From: Akkermansia muciniphila
GTDB taxonomy: Bacteria > Verrucomicrobiota > Verrucomicrobiia > Methylacidiphilales > CAMAQI01
Direction of reading: 5' to 3'
Assembly (NCBI GenBank): GCA_945883905.1
Contig: CAMCYL010000005.1
Coordinates: 1-63,941 of the forward strand
Length of the DNA stretch: 63,941 bases
Shown: piece after piece, positions 24,357 through 33,040 of the stretch
Layout: every line of letters starts with the position of its first letter
How positions within the stretch are numbered: the stretch's first letter is position 1
Position numbers and translations under genes: made by a program
The notes under the pieces: generated by a model
Told to the model about the DNA's origin: nothing
What the model saw: the letters and a program-made list of their open reading frames with translations, nothing else
The model's database searches: none

Positions 24357-25424
24357 TTATTTTAGTTTTAAAAACTGAGCGGTCTCGGGAGCGATTTGAC
24401 CGGAGGCTTCGAGTTCGAGGACCCGTTTTTCCCAGGATTTGCTGAGGCTTTTGGAGTCCTCGATCGATTTCACTTCAAAACTGGCCCAAGTCCCATGGAG
24501 TAAAGTGCTTTGAACGGGGGTGTTTTCGTTGGCAAGGATTTCATAAACTAATGTGGGTCGAGCATAAGCCTCATGGGGGGTCTGAGTCGGAACAAGCGTT
24601 TGGCAGATCACGCCACGAAGCATATAACTTAATTTTGTTTGTATCGATCGAGCCATCTCTTGGGGATGATTATCGACGAGGGTATCGAGCACTCGTGGAA
24701 TTCGATCGGCATGCATGGTGGTGATGACCATATGGCCACTGCAAGCGGCATCGACCGCCGCTTGAATCGCTTCTGGAGTACGAACTTCTCCAATGATGAT
24801 TAAATTCGGTTTCTCTCGTTTTGCTTTATAGATTCCTTCACTCCAATTCTCGACATGATAACCGACATGCTTTTGTGAAATAAGACATTGCTCCCAATTA
24901 AAGAGATATTCTACGGGATCTTCTAAGGAGAGGATATGGGAGCCGGGATAACGCTCGGCAAAGGCGCGAACAAGGGAGGCAAGGGTCGTCGATTTTCCAC
25001 TACCGGTCGGGCCTCCAATGATGACAAGACCACTTTTTTTCGAGAAGAGTTCTGATCCAAGAGTAGCAGGAAACCCAAGAACGGTTAAGGGATCGATCGC
25101 AGAGCGGAGAATGCGTATGTCGAGAGCGACCCCGCGATAGTTTTCACTTTGGTGACCCCGAAAACGATGAGCAATGCCACCGATGAGGGCATCGAAACAG
25201 AAATCGACCGTTTTAGAGTCTTTGAGATCCGATTCAATATTAACTCGATGCGTTTCGATCACGAAATCGATCATTTCTTGCTCTGTCATCGGGGCCTTAA
25301 GCTTAGGATGAGGGATCCAACGACAGTTAATATTGATAAAGGGAGGGAGACCGACTTGTAGGCGCATATCGGTCATCGATTGGATAAGCTCTTCATCATT
25401 CAGGTATTTATCAACAACAGACAT
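24357..25424 (-). CDS. PilT/PilU-like secretion ATPase (type II/IV secretion NTPase family), orphan
   Basis: GLVIIGGPTGSGKSTTLASLV (Walker A), NLIIIGEVRTPEAIQAAVDAACSGHMVITTMHA (Asp/His boxes). The start is taken at MSVVDKY (internal Met of the track ORF). Confidence 0.75.
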   Translation of the reverse strand: MSVVDKYLNDEELIQSMTDMRLQVGLPPFININCRWIPHPKLKAPMTEQEMIDFVIETHRVNIESDLKDSKTVDFCFDALIGGIAHRFRGHQSENYRGVALDIRILRSAIDPLTVLGFPATLGSELFSKKSGLVIIGGPTGSGKSTTLASLVRAFAERYPGSHILSLEDPVEYLFNWEQCLISQKHVGYHVENWSEGIYKAKREKPNLIIIGEVRTPEAIQAAVDAACSGHMVITTMHADRIPRVLDTLVDNHPQEMARSIQTKLSYMLRGVICQTLVPTQTPHEAYARPTLVYEILANENTPVQSTLLHGTWASFEVKSIEDSKSLSKSWEKRVLELEASGQIAPETAQFLKLK

Positions 25425-25674
25425 GGGGTTCCTTATTTTAATATCAGTGTGGGCATGGATTTCGCTTGTGAAGAAAGAGGAAAAGTGAATCGATTCATAG
25501 AATGAAAGCCTGCTTGCGGTAAGAACTCGCAAAATTATTTAAGATGGAAAGGAAAATAAAAGGAATTTTCACGGGATTTCAGCCAGAGGCTTTTAGAGGC
25601 GTGTTTGTTTTAAATTCAAAACCGGCTTGGTTATTCTTGCGCTTTTAGGATAGGTCTTTAGACGAGAGGGTCTC

Positions 25675-27489
25675 ATGCCATTGATCCAACTTTCTGAAGT
25701 CACTCTCCGTTACGGAGTTGCCCCATTACTCGATAAAGCCGATTTTCAAGTCGAACCGGGCGAACGGGTCTGTCTCGTCGGACGAAACGGAGCCGGAAAG
25801 TCCAGTCTCATGCGACTCATCATCGGCGATGAGGTCCCTAATACCGGTGAAATCATTCGTCCCCCCGGAACTCATATCACCCGCCTCGATCAAGAGGTTC
25901 CGGATAATCTCTTTGGCGCTGTTCATGAGGTCATCCGTACCGGGGTGCGTTCCAATCATCATATGGAGGATTGGGAGGTTGATGTCATGATCGATGAAAT
26001 GATTGAAGAGATGCGGCTTCCTGGCGACGAGGAGTTCTCTTCGCTCTCGGGAGGTTTAAAAAGACGGGTTCTTCTCGCTCGTGCACTCGCCGGAAAACCG
26101 GATCTTATCCTCTTAGATGAACCAACGAATCATCTCGATCTCGAATCGATCCTCTGGCTGGAAAACTTTCTCCTAGAGCATCCGGTGACCTTGTTCTTCG
26201 TCACTCACGATCGCGCCTTTCTTCGTAAACTCGCCACTCGTATCGTCGAAATCGATCGGGGAAAACTCAAAAGCTGGGCGTGCACCTACGATGAGTTCCT
26301 TGAACGCCGTGCAGCTGATCTTAATGCGGAATCCAAACAATGGGCCGCCCTAGATAAAAAACTTGCCCAAGAGGAGGCTTGGCTCCGACAAGGGGTCAAA
26401 GCCCGTCGTACTCGTAACGAGGGTCGCGTCCGTGAACTCGAAAAGCTACGGATCGAACGCGGAGAACGCCGAAACCGGCAAGGAGTGGTCAAACTCGATA
26501 TTCAAACCGGAACCAGCTCCGGCCATCAAGTCATCGATACAAAGGATATCAGTTTCTCCTATGACGATAAGCCGATCATTCAAAACCTGACCACCACTAT
26601 TTGGCGGGGGGACAAAATCGGAATTATCGGACCCAACGGCGGCGGTAAAACAACACTACTTAAACTTCTTCTCGGTCAAATGGAGCCCACAACTGGAACG
26701 GTTAAATTGGGAACCAATCTCCAAGTCGTTTATCTCGATCAACTTCGCGGCCAAATCGATGACAATAAAACACTCGCCGAAAACGTTGCCGGTAGCGCCG
26801 AGAATGTAAATTTTCAAGGTCGCGCCCGTCATATTCATAGCTATCTTCAAGATTTTTTATTCCGCTCCGATCAAGTGCGAATGCCCGCAAAACGACTTTC
26901 TGGAGGGGAACGCAATCGACTTCTTCTCGCGCGTCTTTTCTTACAACCGGCTAATCTCCTCGTCCTCGATGAGCCGACTAACGATCTTGATGCGGAGACC
27001 TTGGAACTTCTTGAGGAACTCCTTCTCGATTACGCAGGGACTCTTCTTCTCGTTTCCCATGATCGTGCCTTCCTCGATCACGTCGTTACCGGAACGCTCA
27101 TTTTTGAAGGGGAAGGTAAAGTCACTGAATTCAACGGGGGTTACGAAGATTGGATGACCTATAAAGCCAAGACCGCCAAACTTGTCTCTGAAAAATCGGT
27201 GGCCGTTCCTGAACCAACGATCTCTCCTCTCCCTGCAAAAGGAGAAAAGCCGAAAAAGATGTTAAACCGGGAAAAAAAAGAGATGGAGGAACTCCCTGCC
27301 ATCATTGAAAAGCTTGAATCGGAACACAAAGCCCTTTCTGAAAAAATATGGGATCCCCTACTCCATCAAAAAGAGCCTGAAACAATTCTTGAGATCAAAA
27401 AGCGTCTTGCAGAAATTGAGATTGAAACCGATAAAAGCTACACCCGCTGGCATCAACTCGAAGCGATCCAAAAATCCTCTGCTGAATAA
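25675..27489 (+). CDS. ABC-F family ATPase (Uup-like, C-terminal coiled coil)
   Basis: Two ABC cassettes: GRNGAGKSS/LSGGLKRR/LLDEPTNHLD and GPNGGGKTT/LSGGERNR/VLDEPTNDLD. No membrane domain. Charged helical tail. Confidence 0.92.
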   Translation: MPLIQLSEVTLRYGVAPLLDKADFQVEPGERVCLVGRNGAGKSSLMRLIIGDEVPNTGEIIRPPGTHITRLDQEVPDNLFGAVHEVIRTGVRSNHHMEDWEVDVMIDEMIEEMRLPGDEEFSSLSGGLKRRVLLARALAGKPDLILLDEPTNHLDLESILWLENFLLEHPVTLFFVTHDRAFLRKLATRIVEIDRGKLKSWACTYDEFLERRAADLNAESKQWAALDKKLAQEEAWLRQGVKARRTRNEGRVRELEKLRIERGERRNRQGVVKLDIQTGTSSGHQVIDTKDISFSYDDKPIIQNLTTTIWRGDKIGIIGPNGGGKTTLLKLLLGQMEPTTGTVKLGTNLQVVYLDQLRGQIDDNKTLAENVAGSAENVNFQGRARHIHSYLQDFLFRSDQVRMPAKRLSGGERNRLLLARLFLQPANLLVLDEPTNDLDAETLELLEELLLDYAGTLLLVSHDRAFLDHVVTGTLIFEGEGKVTEFNGGYEDWMTYKAKTAKLVSEKSVAVPEPTISPLPAKGEKPKKMLNREKKEMEELPAIIEKLESEHKALSEKIWDPLLHQKEPETILEIKKRLAEIEIETDKSYTRWHQLEAIQKSSAE

Positions 27490-27492
27490 CCG

Positions 27493-28224
27493 CTACCCCT
27501 GATACTCGTACAGAACCGCTCCTAACGAAAAAAGGGCGGCGGTTTCGGAGCGTAAAATCACCGGTCCGAGGGAGACGGGAAGAAATCCATTATTCCGAGC
27601 CTCATTAATCTCCGCAGGGGTAAAATCCCCTTCCGGTCCGATCATCAAAACCACTCCCTTAGAAAGGGCAGGGTTTTCACAATTCTCCTTTAGAACATCA
27701 CGTAACGGTCGAGCCTCCGCTTGTAACGAGGCGATGAGCTTTAATCCAAAGCGTTTCGAGTCCCCGAGAAAATCACGAACCTTGATCGGCGCACTCACCA
27801 CCGGAAGCCAATTTTGACCACATTGCTTACAAGATTCGACAACGGTCTGACGCCACTTTTCAACCTTCGCCTCTGCCTTCTCCTCCTCCACGTGAGCAAT
27901 ACTCCGATCGGATTGGAGCGGCACCAATTCCGCGACGCCGAGTTCGGTTGCCTTTTGAATAATTAAATCCATCGATTTTTGTTTCGTCAAAGCCTGGGCG
28001 AGAATCACGGGTACTTTCGATTTTGGGGTCTTACTCTCCGCTAATTTTTTAAATTGAACGCGCTTTTTTTGAGTCGATTCAATCACGCTTTTCCACTCCC
28101 GTCCCTTGCCATCAAAAACCGTAATCGTCTCTCCTTCTTGTTGACGCATCACATCTAAGCAATGGTGCGCTTCATTATCAGAAAGTGTTTTGCTCTCAAG
28201 ATCAGGACAGAAATATCGTTTCAT
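27493..28224 (-). CDS. rsmE: 16S rRNA (uracil1498-N3)-methyltransferase
   Basis: 243 aa. The N-terminal MKRYF... PUA-like region and the C-terminal LMIGPEGDFTPAEI...LGPVILRSETAA are the RsmE signature. Confidence 0.85.
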   Translation of the reverse strand: MKRYFCPDLESKTLSDNEAHHCLDVMRQQEGETITVFDGKGREWKSVIESTQKKRVQFKKLAESKTPKSKVPVILAQALTKQKSMDLIIQKATELGVAELVPLQSDRSIAHVEEEKAEAKVEKWRQTVVESCKQCGQNWLPVVSAPIKVRDFLGDSKRFGLKLIASLQAEARPLRDVLKENCENPALSKGVVLMIGPEGDFTPAEINEARNNGFLPVSLGPVILRSETAALFSLGAVLYEYQG

Positions 28225-28312
28225 CTCTCTTTTATTAATGCGAAATTTTCAGAGAACAATCCATAATCTTAAAAGTTGCGAATCCGAAAGAGTCCTCCTA
28301 CGTTAAACAGCG

Positions 28313-29014
28313 ATGTTATTTAATTCTCTCCATTTAAACTTAGAGCTCCTCGAGCCCCTTCTTGCCAGTAAAAGTGCTGAAGAGCGAGTCCAATGGGCTT
28401 TAGAAACCTTCACCGATAAAATTATTTTAAGCTCCAGCTTTGGAGCTCAATCGGCGGTTTTATTGCACATGGTCACCAAGCAAAAACCGGAAATTCCCGT
28501 AATCTTAGTGGACACCGGCTATCTTTTTCCTGAAACCTACGACTTCATCGAGTCCCTTACAAAACGATTAAACCTCAATCTCAAAACCTATCGCGCTCCC
28601 CTCTCCCCCGCACAACAAGAGGCTCAATTTGGAAAACTCTGGGAAAATGGGATCGATGGGATCACGCAATACAATCAAATCAATAAAGTCGAGCCGATGA
28701 ATCGGGCGCTCGAAGAATTAGGCGCTTGGGCTTGGATCGCCGGATTACGCCGTCAACAATCGTCGACCCGCAAAAATCTTACCTTCATACGCCCTCAAGC
28801 AGAACGACTCAAGATCCATCCGATTTTGGATTGGACCGATAAAGAGATTTTCGATTATCTCAAAAAATACGATCTCCCGTATCATCCCCTTTGGGAACAG
28901 GGCTATGTCTCGATCGGAGATATTCATACCACCCGAAAACTGGAGGCCGGTATGAGCGAAGAAGAGACCCGATTTTTTGGCCTTAAACGCGAATGTGGAC
29001 TCCATGAAGGGTGA
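28313..29014 (+). CDS. cysH: Phosphoadenosine phosphosulfate (PAPS/APS) reductase
   Basis: [25 protein letters not shown] and the C-terminal KRECGLHEG motif. Confidence 0.9.
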   Translation: MLFNSLHLNLELLEPLLASKSAEERVQWALETFTDKIILSSSFGAQSAVLLHMVTKQKPEIPVILVDTGYLFPETYDFIESLTKRLNLNLKTYRAPLSPAQQEAQFGKLWENGIDGITQYNQINKVEPMNRALEELGAWAWIAGLRRQQSSTRKNLTFIRPQAERLKIHPILDWTDKEIFDYLKKYDLPYHPLWEQGYVSIGDIHTTRKLEAGMSEEETRFFGLKRECGLHEG

Positions 29015-29020
29015 GATTTA

Positions 29021-30397
29021 ATGATGGCCACTTCCTCTACTCTTTCTACTATGAATTCCTCCTCTTTGCTCGATGAGTTTCTTGACTTTCTCCGCTTTCA
29101 AAGTGTCTCCACCGATCCTGCCTACCAGCCGGAAGTTAAAAAATGTGCTCAATGGCTCCACGATTGGCTTCTCGCCGCCGGCTTTGATTCCTCGATCCAT
29201 CCCACGGAGGGACATCCCATCGTTCTCGCTCGTGGTCCCTTTCGCGCAGATCGAAAGACCGTTCTTATTTATGGCCACTACGATGTCCAACCGCCCGATC
29301 CCCTTGATCTTTGGGACTCCCCTCCCTTTGAGCCGAAGATTCAGGATGGACTCATCACCGCCCGCGGGGCTTCAGATAATAAGGGCCAGATCTTCGCCCA
29401 TCTCTTAGGACTCCGTGAGACACTCCAAAAAACAGGGGATCTTCCTCTCAATGTAATCGTGTTGATTGAAGGGGAGGAGGAGATTGGGAGTAAGCATCTT
29501 GAAAAATTTCTATGCGATCATAAATCTGCTCTGGCGTGCGACACGGTTATCGTCTCCGACACCATGATGGTCGGCTCTGGAGAGCCAAGTTTGACCTACG
29601 CCATGCGAGGGATTCTGGCGGTCGAGTTTACCGTTCAAGGGCCCATTCGTGACCTTCACTCGGGACTTTTTGGAGGGATTGTCGCCAATCCCCTTAAAGT
29701 CATTAGTCAACTCCTCGCCTCTCTTTATCTTCCCAATCACCGCATTGCTGTTGAGGGATTCTATGACGGAATTCTCCCTCCGAAGTCATGGGAACTTGAG
29801 GAATGGAAAACCTTACCGCTCAATGAATCCTACTTTCAAAAACTTACCGGCGTTCCGCAAATGGAGGCCCGTGGCACTGAAGTTCTTGAACGCCTCTGGC
29901 TCCTCCCTACTTTAGAGTTGAATGGGGTCTATGGAGGTTATCAAGGTCCCGGAAGTAAAACCGTTATACCCTCGGAAGCCCATGCAAAGATCACCTGCCG
30001 GCTTCTCCCCGGACAAGATCCCGCAAAGATCGGAGAGGCGATTGAACGTCATCTGCTTCAACAGGCGCCAAAAACCGTGAAGCTCACCGTGAAACGAGGC
30101 CATGGCGGCGGGGCCTATTCGCTTGATCCAGATTCCCCAATGGCGCGAGCCGCGGTCGAGGCAATGAAAGAGGCCTTTCCCGGAGCGAAGGGCTATCGAG
30201 TACGAGACGGGGCAACGATTCCGATTCTCGCCACCTTTAAAAAAGTGCTTGATGCCGATAGTCTATTGATAGGCCTTGCTTTACCGGATGCGCGGATTCA
30301 CTCCCCGAATGAAACCTTTCCCCTCTCCCATCTTGAATCCGGCATGAAGCTCAATCAAGCATTGCTACGTCGATTAAACTCAGATTCTCTACATTAG
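29021..30397 (+). CDS. M20-family dipeptidase / deacylase
   Basis: IYGHYDVQP, ARGASDNKGQ and IEGEEEIGS metal-ligand motifs. 458 aa. The last ~5 codons and the stop lie inside the repeat at 30382-30607. Confidence 0.85.
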   Translation: MMATSSTLSTMNSSSLLDEFLDFLRFQSVSTDPAYQPEVKKCAQWLHDWLLAAGFDSSIHPTEGHPIVLARGPFRADRKTVLIYGHYDVQPPDPLDLWDSPPFEPKIQDGLITARGASDNKGQIFAHLLGLRETLQKTGDLPLNVIVLIEGEEEIGSKHLEKFLCDHKSALACDTVIVSDTMMVGSGEPSLTYAMRGILAVEFTVQGPIRDLHSGLFGGIVANPLKVISQLLASLYLPNHRIAVEGFYDGILPPKSWELEEWKTLPLNESYFQKLTGVPQMEARGTEVLERLWLLPTLELNGVYGGYQGPGSKTVIPSEAHAKITCRLLPGQDPAKIGEAIERHLLQQAPKTVKLTVKRGHGGGAYSLDPDSPMARAAVEAMKEAFPGAKGYRVRDGATIPILATFKKVLDADSLLIGLALPDARIHSPNETFPLSHLESGMKLNQALLRRLNSDSLH

Positions 30398-30607
30398 GAA
30401 TTTAAAAAGTGGAGCGCCGACCGCTGGGCGGCATGGGCGAAGGGGGAAAGAACAGCTATTGGCTCGAAGCGATTAGCCTTAAGCGAAAGAGATATATCCA
30501 CCCCTGATCCATGCTGCTCCGGCAGCTGCCGGAGCGGCGCTCCATTTCTCTTTTCACCATTCTGGTGACATGCTTTACAGATAAAATCGATTCCTAACGC
30601 AGAATCT
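30382..30607. repeat. MITE/REP-like element of the 'CAGATTC..TTAGGAATTTAAAAAATGGAGCGCC' family
   Basis: The left end AGATTCTCTACATTAGGAATTTAAAAAGTGGAGCGCCGACCGCTGGGCGGCATGGGCGAAGGGGG pairs with the right end ...CGGCGCTCCATTTCTC...GATTCCTAACGCAGAATCT. Family members lie at 36167-36370, 41367-41760 and 63235-63795. Confidence 0.8.
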
Positions 30608-30637
30608 AATTAAACGAAGAGGGCCCGAATTGGGCAT

Positions 30638-30669
30638 AAAAAAACCCTCTCCGTTTCCAGAGAGGGTTT
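30638..30669 (-). terminator. Rho-independent terminator downstream of rpmB
   Basis: The minus strand reads AAACCCTCTCTGGAAACGGAGAGGGTTTTTTT: a 7-10 bp GC-rich stem followed by a T-run, 22 nt after the rpmB stop. Confidence 0.75.
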
Positions 30670-30690
30670 AAAATTAATAACAAGAGATGA

Positions 30691-31038
30691 TTATTTCTTG
30701 TTGGAACCGGATTTTTTCATTTTGATTGTTCCAGATTTTTTCTTCACAGAATAACCGGAATCTTTTTTATTCATTTTGATGATCCCTGCCTTTTTCAAGG
30801 TCGAGAAGGCTCCGTTTTTTGTCACTGTTTTCAAAGCACGTGCGGTCAATTTGACCATCATGAAGCGTTTGAGTTCAGGAACATAAATGCGTTTTTCCTT
30901 TAGATTCGGGACAAAAGTTCGTTTTGTATTGGCGGTAACGTGCATACCGATACCTCCCGATTTCTTGGATTTACCGCTTCGAAGAATGCGATGGCCTTTA
31001 ACAGGTTTCGCCCCAGTAATAGAACAAAGACGTGACAT
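30691..31038 (-). CDS. rpmB: 50S ribosomal protein L28 with a Lys-rich C-terminal extension
   Basis: MSRLCSITGAKPVKGHRI...TFVPNLKEKRIYVPELKRFMMVKLTARALKTVTKNG aligns with L28. About 35 extra K/S/G-rich residues at the C-terminus. Confidence 0.9.
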   Translation of the reverse strand: MSRLCSITGAKPVKGHRILRSGKSKKSGGIGMHVTANTKRTFVPNLKEKRIYVPELKRFMMVKLTARALKTVTKNGAFSTLKKAGIIKMNKKDSGYSVKKKSGTIKMKKSGSNKK

Positions 31039-31042
31039 ATAT

Positions 31043-31279
31043 TTATTTCATCAAAAGAACGTTACGGGAACGTTTGATCTCGTTAGTCATCTTGCGATGT
31101 AGTTTAGCAGGCATGCCGGTCGCACGACGCGGCAAGATACGTCCCTTTTCAGTGACATATTTTTTGAGAAGTTCGGTGTTTTTAAACTCGATCGCTTCTT
31201 GATTGATATCGATTCGACGTTTTGGCATTACCTTAGGGGCTCTGCGTTTACGGCGTGATTTCTTGATGGTTGCTCCCAT
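31043..31279 (-). CDS. rpsR: 30S ribosomal protein S18
   Basis: IEFKNTELLKKYVTEKGRILPRRATGMPAKLHRKMTNEIKRSRNVLLM matches the S18 core. Confidence 0.9.
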   Translation of the reverse strand: MGATIKKSRRKRRAPKVMPKRRIDINQEAIEFKNTELLKKYVTEKGRILPRRATGMPAKLHRKMTNEIKRSRNVLLMK

Positions 31280-31312
31280 AATACTCCAGTCGATCCTATA
31301 AATAGGATACGG

Positions 31313-31942
31313 TTATTCTTTTTCCTTGCGATTTCCCTCTTCGTCCACGGTCTCTTCATCTTCATCCGCGATACTATCTTCGGAATCCATGAATTGAGGG
31401 GTGGTTTCCCAACGACGGCGTCCCTTGTTTTCCTTTTCCAACTGGGATTGACACTCGACAGTGAATCGAGCAAAGGGAATCGCCTCGAGGCGATTTTTAG
31501 GGATCGGTTTATTTGACATTTCACAAATGCCAAACCCACCGTTTTCGATGCGCTTGAGAGCTTCTTCGATCTCATAGAGCGCATCTTGCTCTTGAGAGAG
31601 CAAGCTGAGGGCAAAATCTTTATCGTAAGCATCACTTCCGGCATCCGCTTGATGCATTCCAAAGGCAGATCCCTCACTTCCCTCTGGACGCGTCCGAAGG
31701 TTATCTTGGGCTGTACTTTGCATTTGATCGAGCAAATGATCATGGAGATCCATGAGCTTTTGTTTTTGTTCGGTAATAAAGGCTGCCGGCAAATGAGTGG
31801 CGACCTGTTTTGGAACGACTTTTGAATTCATTCCAAGAGGGTCTAAATTCGGTTTAGGGATCGATCCTGACTTGAGGGGCTTCTTCGCCACCACCACGGC
31901 CTTAGAAGCAGCTTTAGAATCGACTTTAACTGGCTTTTTCAC
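31313..31942 (-). CDS. DksA/TraR-family C4 zinc-finger protein with a Lys-rich N-terminal region; possibly longer, see the homopolymer finding
   Basis: Coiled-coil region EQDALYEIEEALKRIENGGFGICEMSNKPIPKNRLEAIPFARFTVECQ (DksA-like finger). A GTG start lies immediately downstream of an A9 run that separates it from a 58-codon Lys-rich ORF (31926-32102). Confidence 0.7.
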   Translation of the reverse strand: MKKPVKVDSKAASKAVVVAKKPLKSGSIPKPNLDPLGMNSKVVPKQVATHLPAAFITEQKQKLMDLHDHLLDQMQSTAQDNLRTRPEGSEGSAFGMHQADAGSDAYDKDFALSLLSQEQDALYEIEEALKRIENGGFGICEMSNKPIPKNRLEAIPFARFTVECQSQLEKENKGRRRWETTPQFMDSEDSIADEDEETVDEEGNRKEKE

Positions 31943-32204
31943 GGTATTTTTTTTTGATAATCACTTTCTTTACAGGGGCTTTTTTGACAGGAGACTTCTT
32001 CACGATCTTCTTGATCGCTTTTACTTTCTTAACCGTTTTTGGAGCGATCTTGGCTGATTTTTTAGCCAAAACCTTCTTTTTTGTTTTTCCAGTTTTACCC
32101 ATAAGAATGGTCTGATATAGAGAATGCCCCTTAAGTTGGCAACCCCTTTTTTACATTTACTCTGTTAATTTCCTCTAATCGTGTCCTTAAAATCGTTGTA
32201 AACC

Positions 32205-33005
32205 CTATTTTTCGAGCTTTAAAGTGGCATATTCCTCTTGAAGATGGAAGCTAAGTGCCGAGAGTTGCGGAGCAGAGCTATGCTCCACTTGACGTAGATA
32301 GCGAGAGTAATTGTAACGACCAAGGAGAACCTTCCAATGGGATCCTCCCCCAAAAGAATCCCCTTGTGATGTCAGGGTTTGAATCGGAACAAACATCGTC
32401 GCAATCCAGCCTTGATCTCGATCTTTCCACTGATTTAATGTTCCTTGAAGAAAGGCATCTACTGATAAATCGCTGGGATTTTCGGCGCAACTGGGGAGGA
32501 ATAAACGGCCTCCTCCTGGGAAAAAGAAGGCTGTTTTCAATTTTTGAGGGGTGGCATAAAGCTCCCAATACCAGGTCTGTGCCGCGGGCTTCAAAAAAAC
32601 CTCCATGAGATCCCCTAAAGTATAGTGATGCTCCTGATCCTTCGTCCCTTCGGCAACAATATCGGAATCTTGAAATTCCCCGCGAACATAGAGCCCTTTC
32701 TCATTCCAAAGAAACTTCACCGACCCCGATTCTTTAATACGATCTCCCAAAGTCGCCTTTAAAGAGGCCGGAATATTTTCTGTCGTATTTTTAGGACGTT
32801 CCAATGAATAAGAGGGAGTCTCCTTCCAAATTGACGGATTGTCGCTTCCACTTTGAGGAAACGGTTGAGCCAAATACTTGGCAATATAAACAACCCCTTT
32901 CGGGGGGGGGGCTTTATCCTTCGCAAAAGTGCTCGAAATAAAAATCGGACCAAGGAAAATAAAAGCGATTAAAAAACAGGGGAAAAGCCATGAACGTTTA
33001 TTCAT
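32205..33005 (-). CDS. Secreted protein, possibly a carbohydrate-binding family 9 / DOMON-like fold
   Basis: Signal peptide MNKRSWLFPCFLIAFIFLGPIFISSTFA. FLWNEKGLYVRGEFQDSDIV resembles CBM9-like proteins. A weak call. Confidence 0.35.
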   Translation of the reverse strand: MNKRSWLFPCFLIAFIFLGPIFISSTFAKDKAPPPKGVVYIAKYLAQPFPQSGSDNPSIWKETPSYSLERPKNTTENIPASLKATLGDRIKESGSVKFLWNEKGLYVRGEFQDSDIVAEGTKDQEHHYTLGDLMEVFLKPAAQTWYWELYATPQKLKTAFFFPGGGRLFLPSCAENPSDLSVDAFLQGTLNQWKDRDQGWIATMFVPIQTLTSQGDSFGGGSHWKVLLGRYNYSRYLRQVEHSSAPQLSALSFHLQEEYATLKLEK

Positions 33006-33040
33006 ATTTTTTTCTTTTGATGAGCCGCTGAAATCCAAGG

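Noticed and set aside
31228-31743. 171-aa ORF overlapping rpsR and the DksA-like gene in another frame
   Set aside because: It overlaps two better-supported genes on the same strand and has no recognisable motif.
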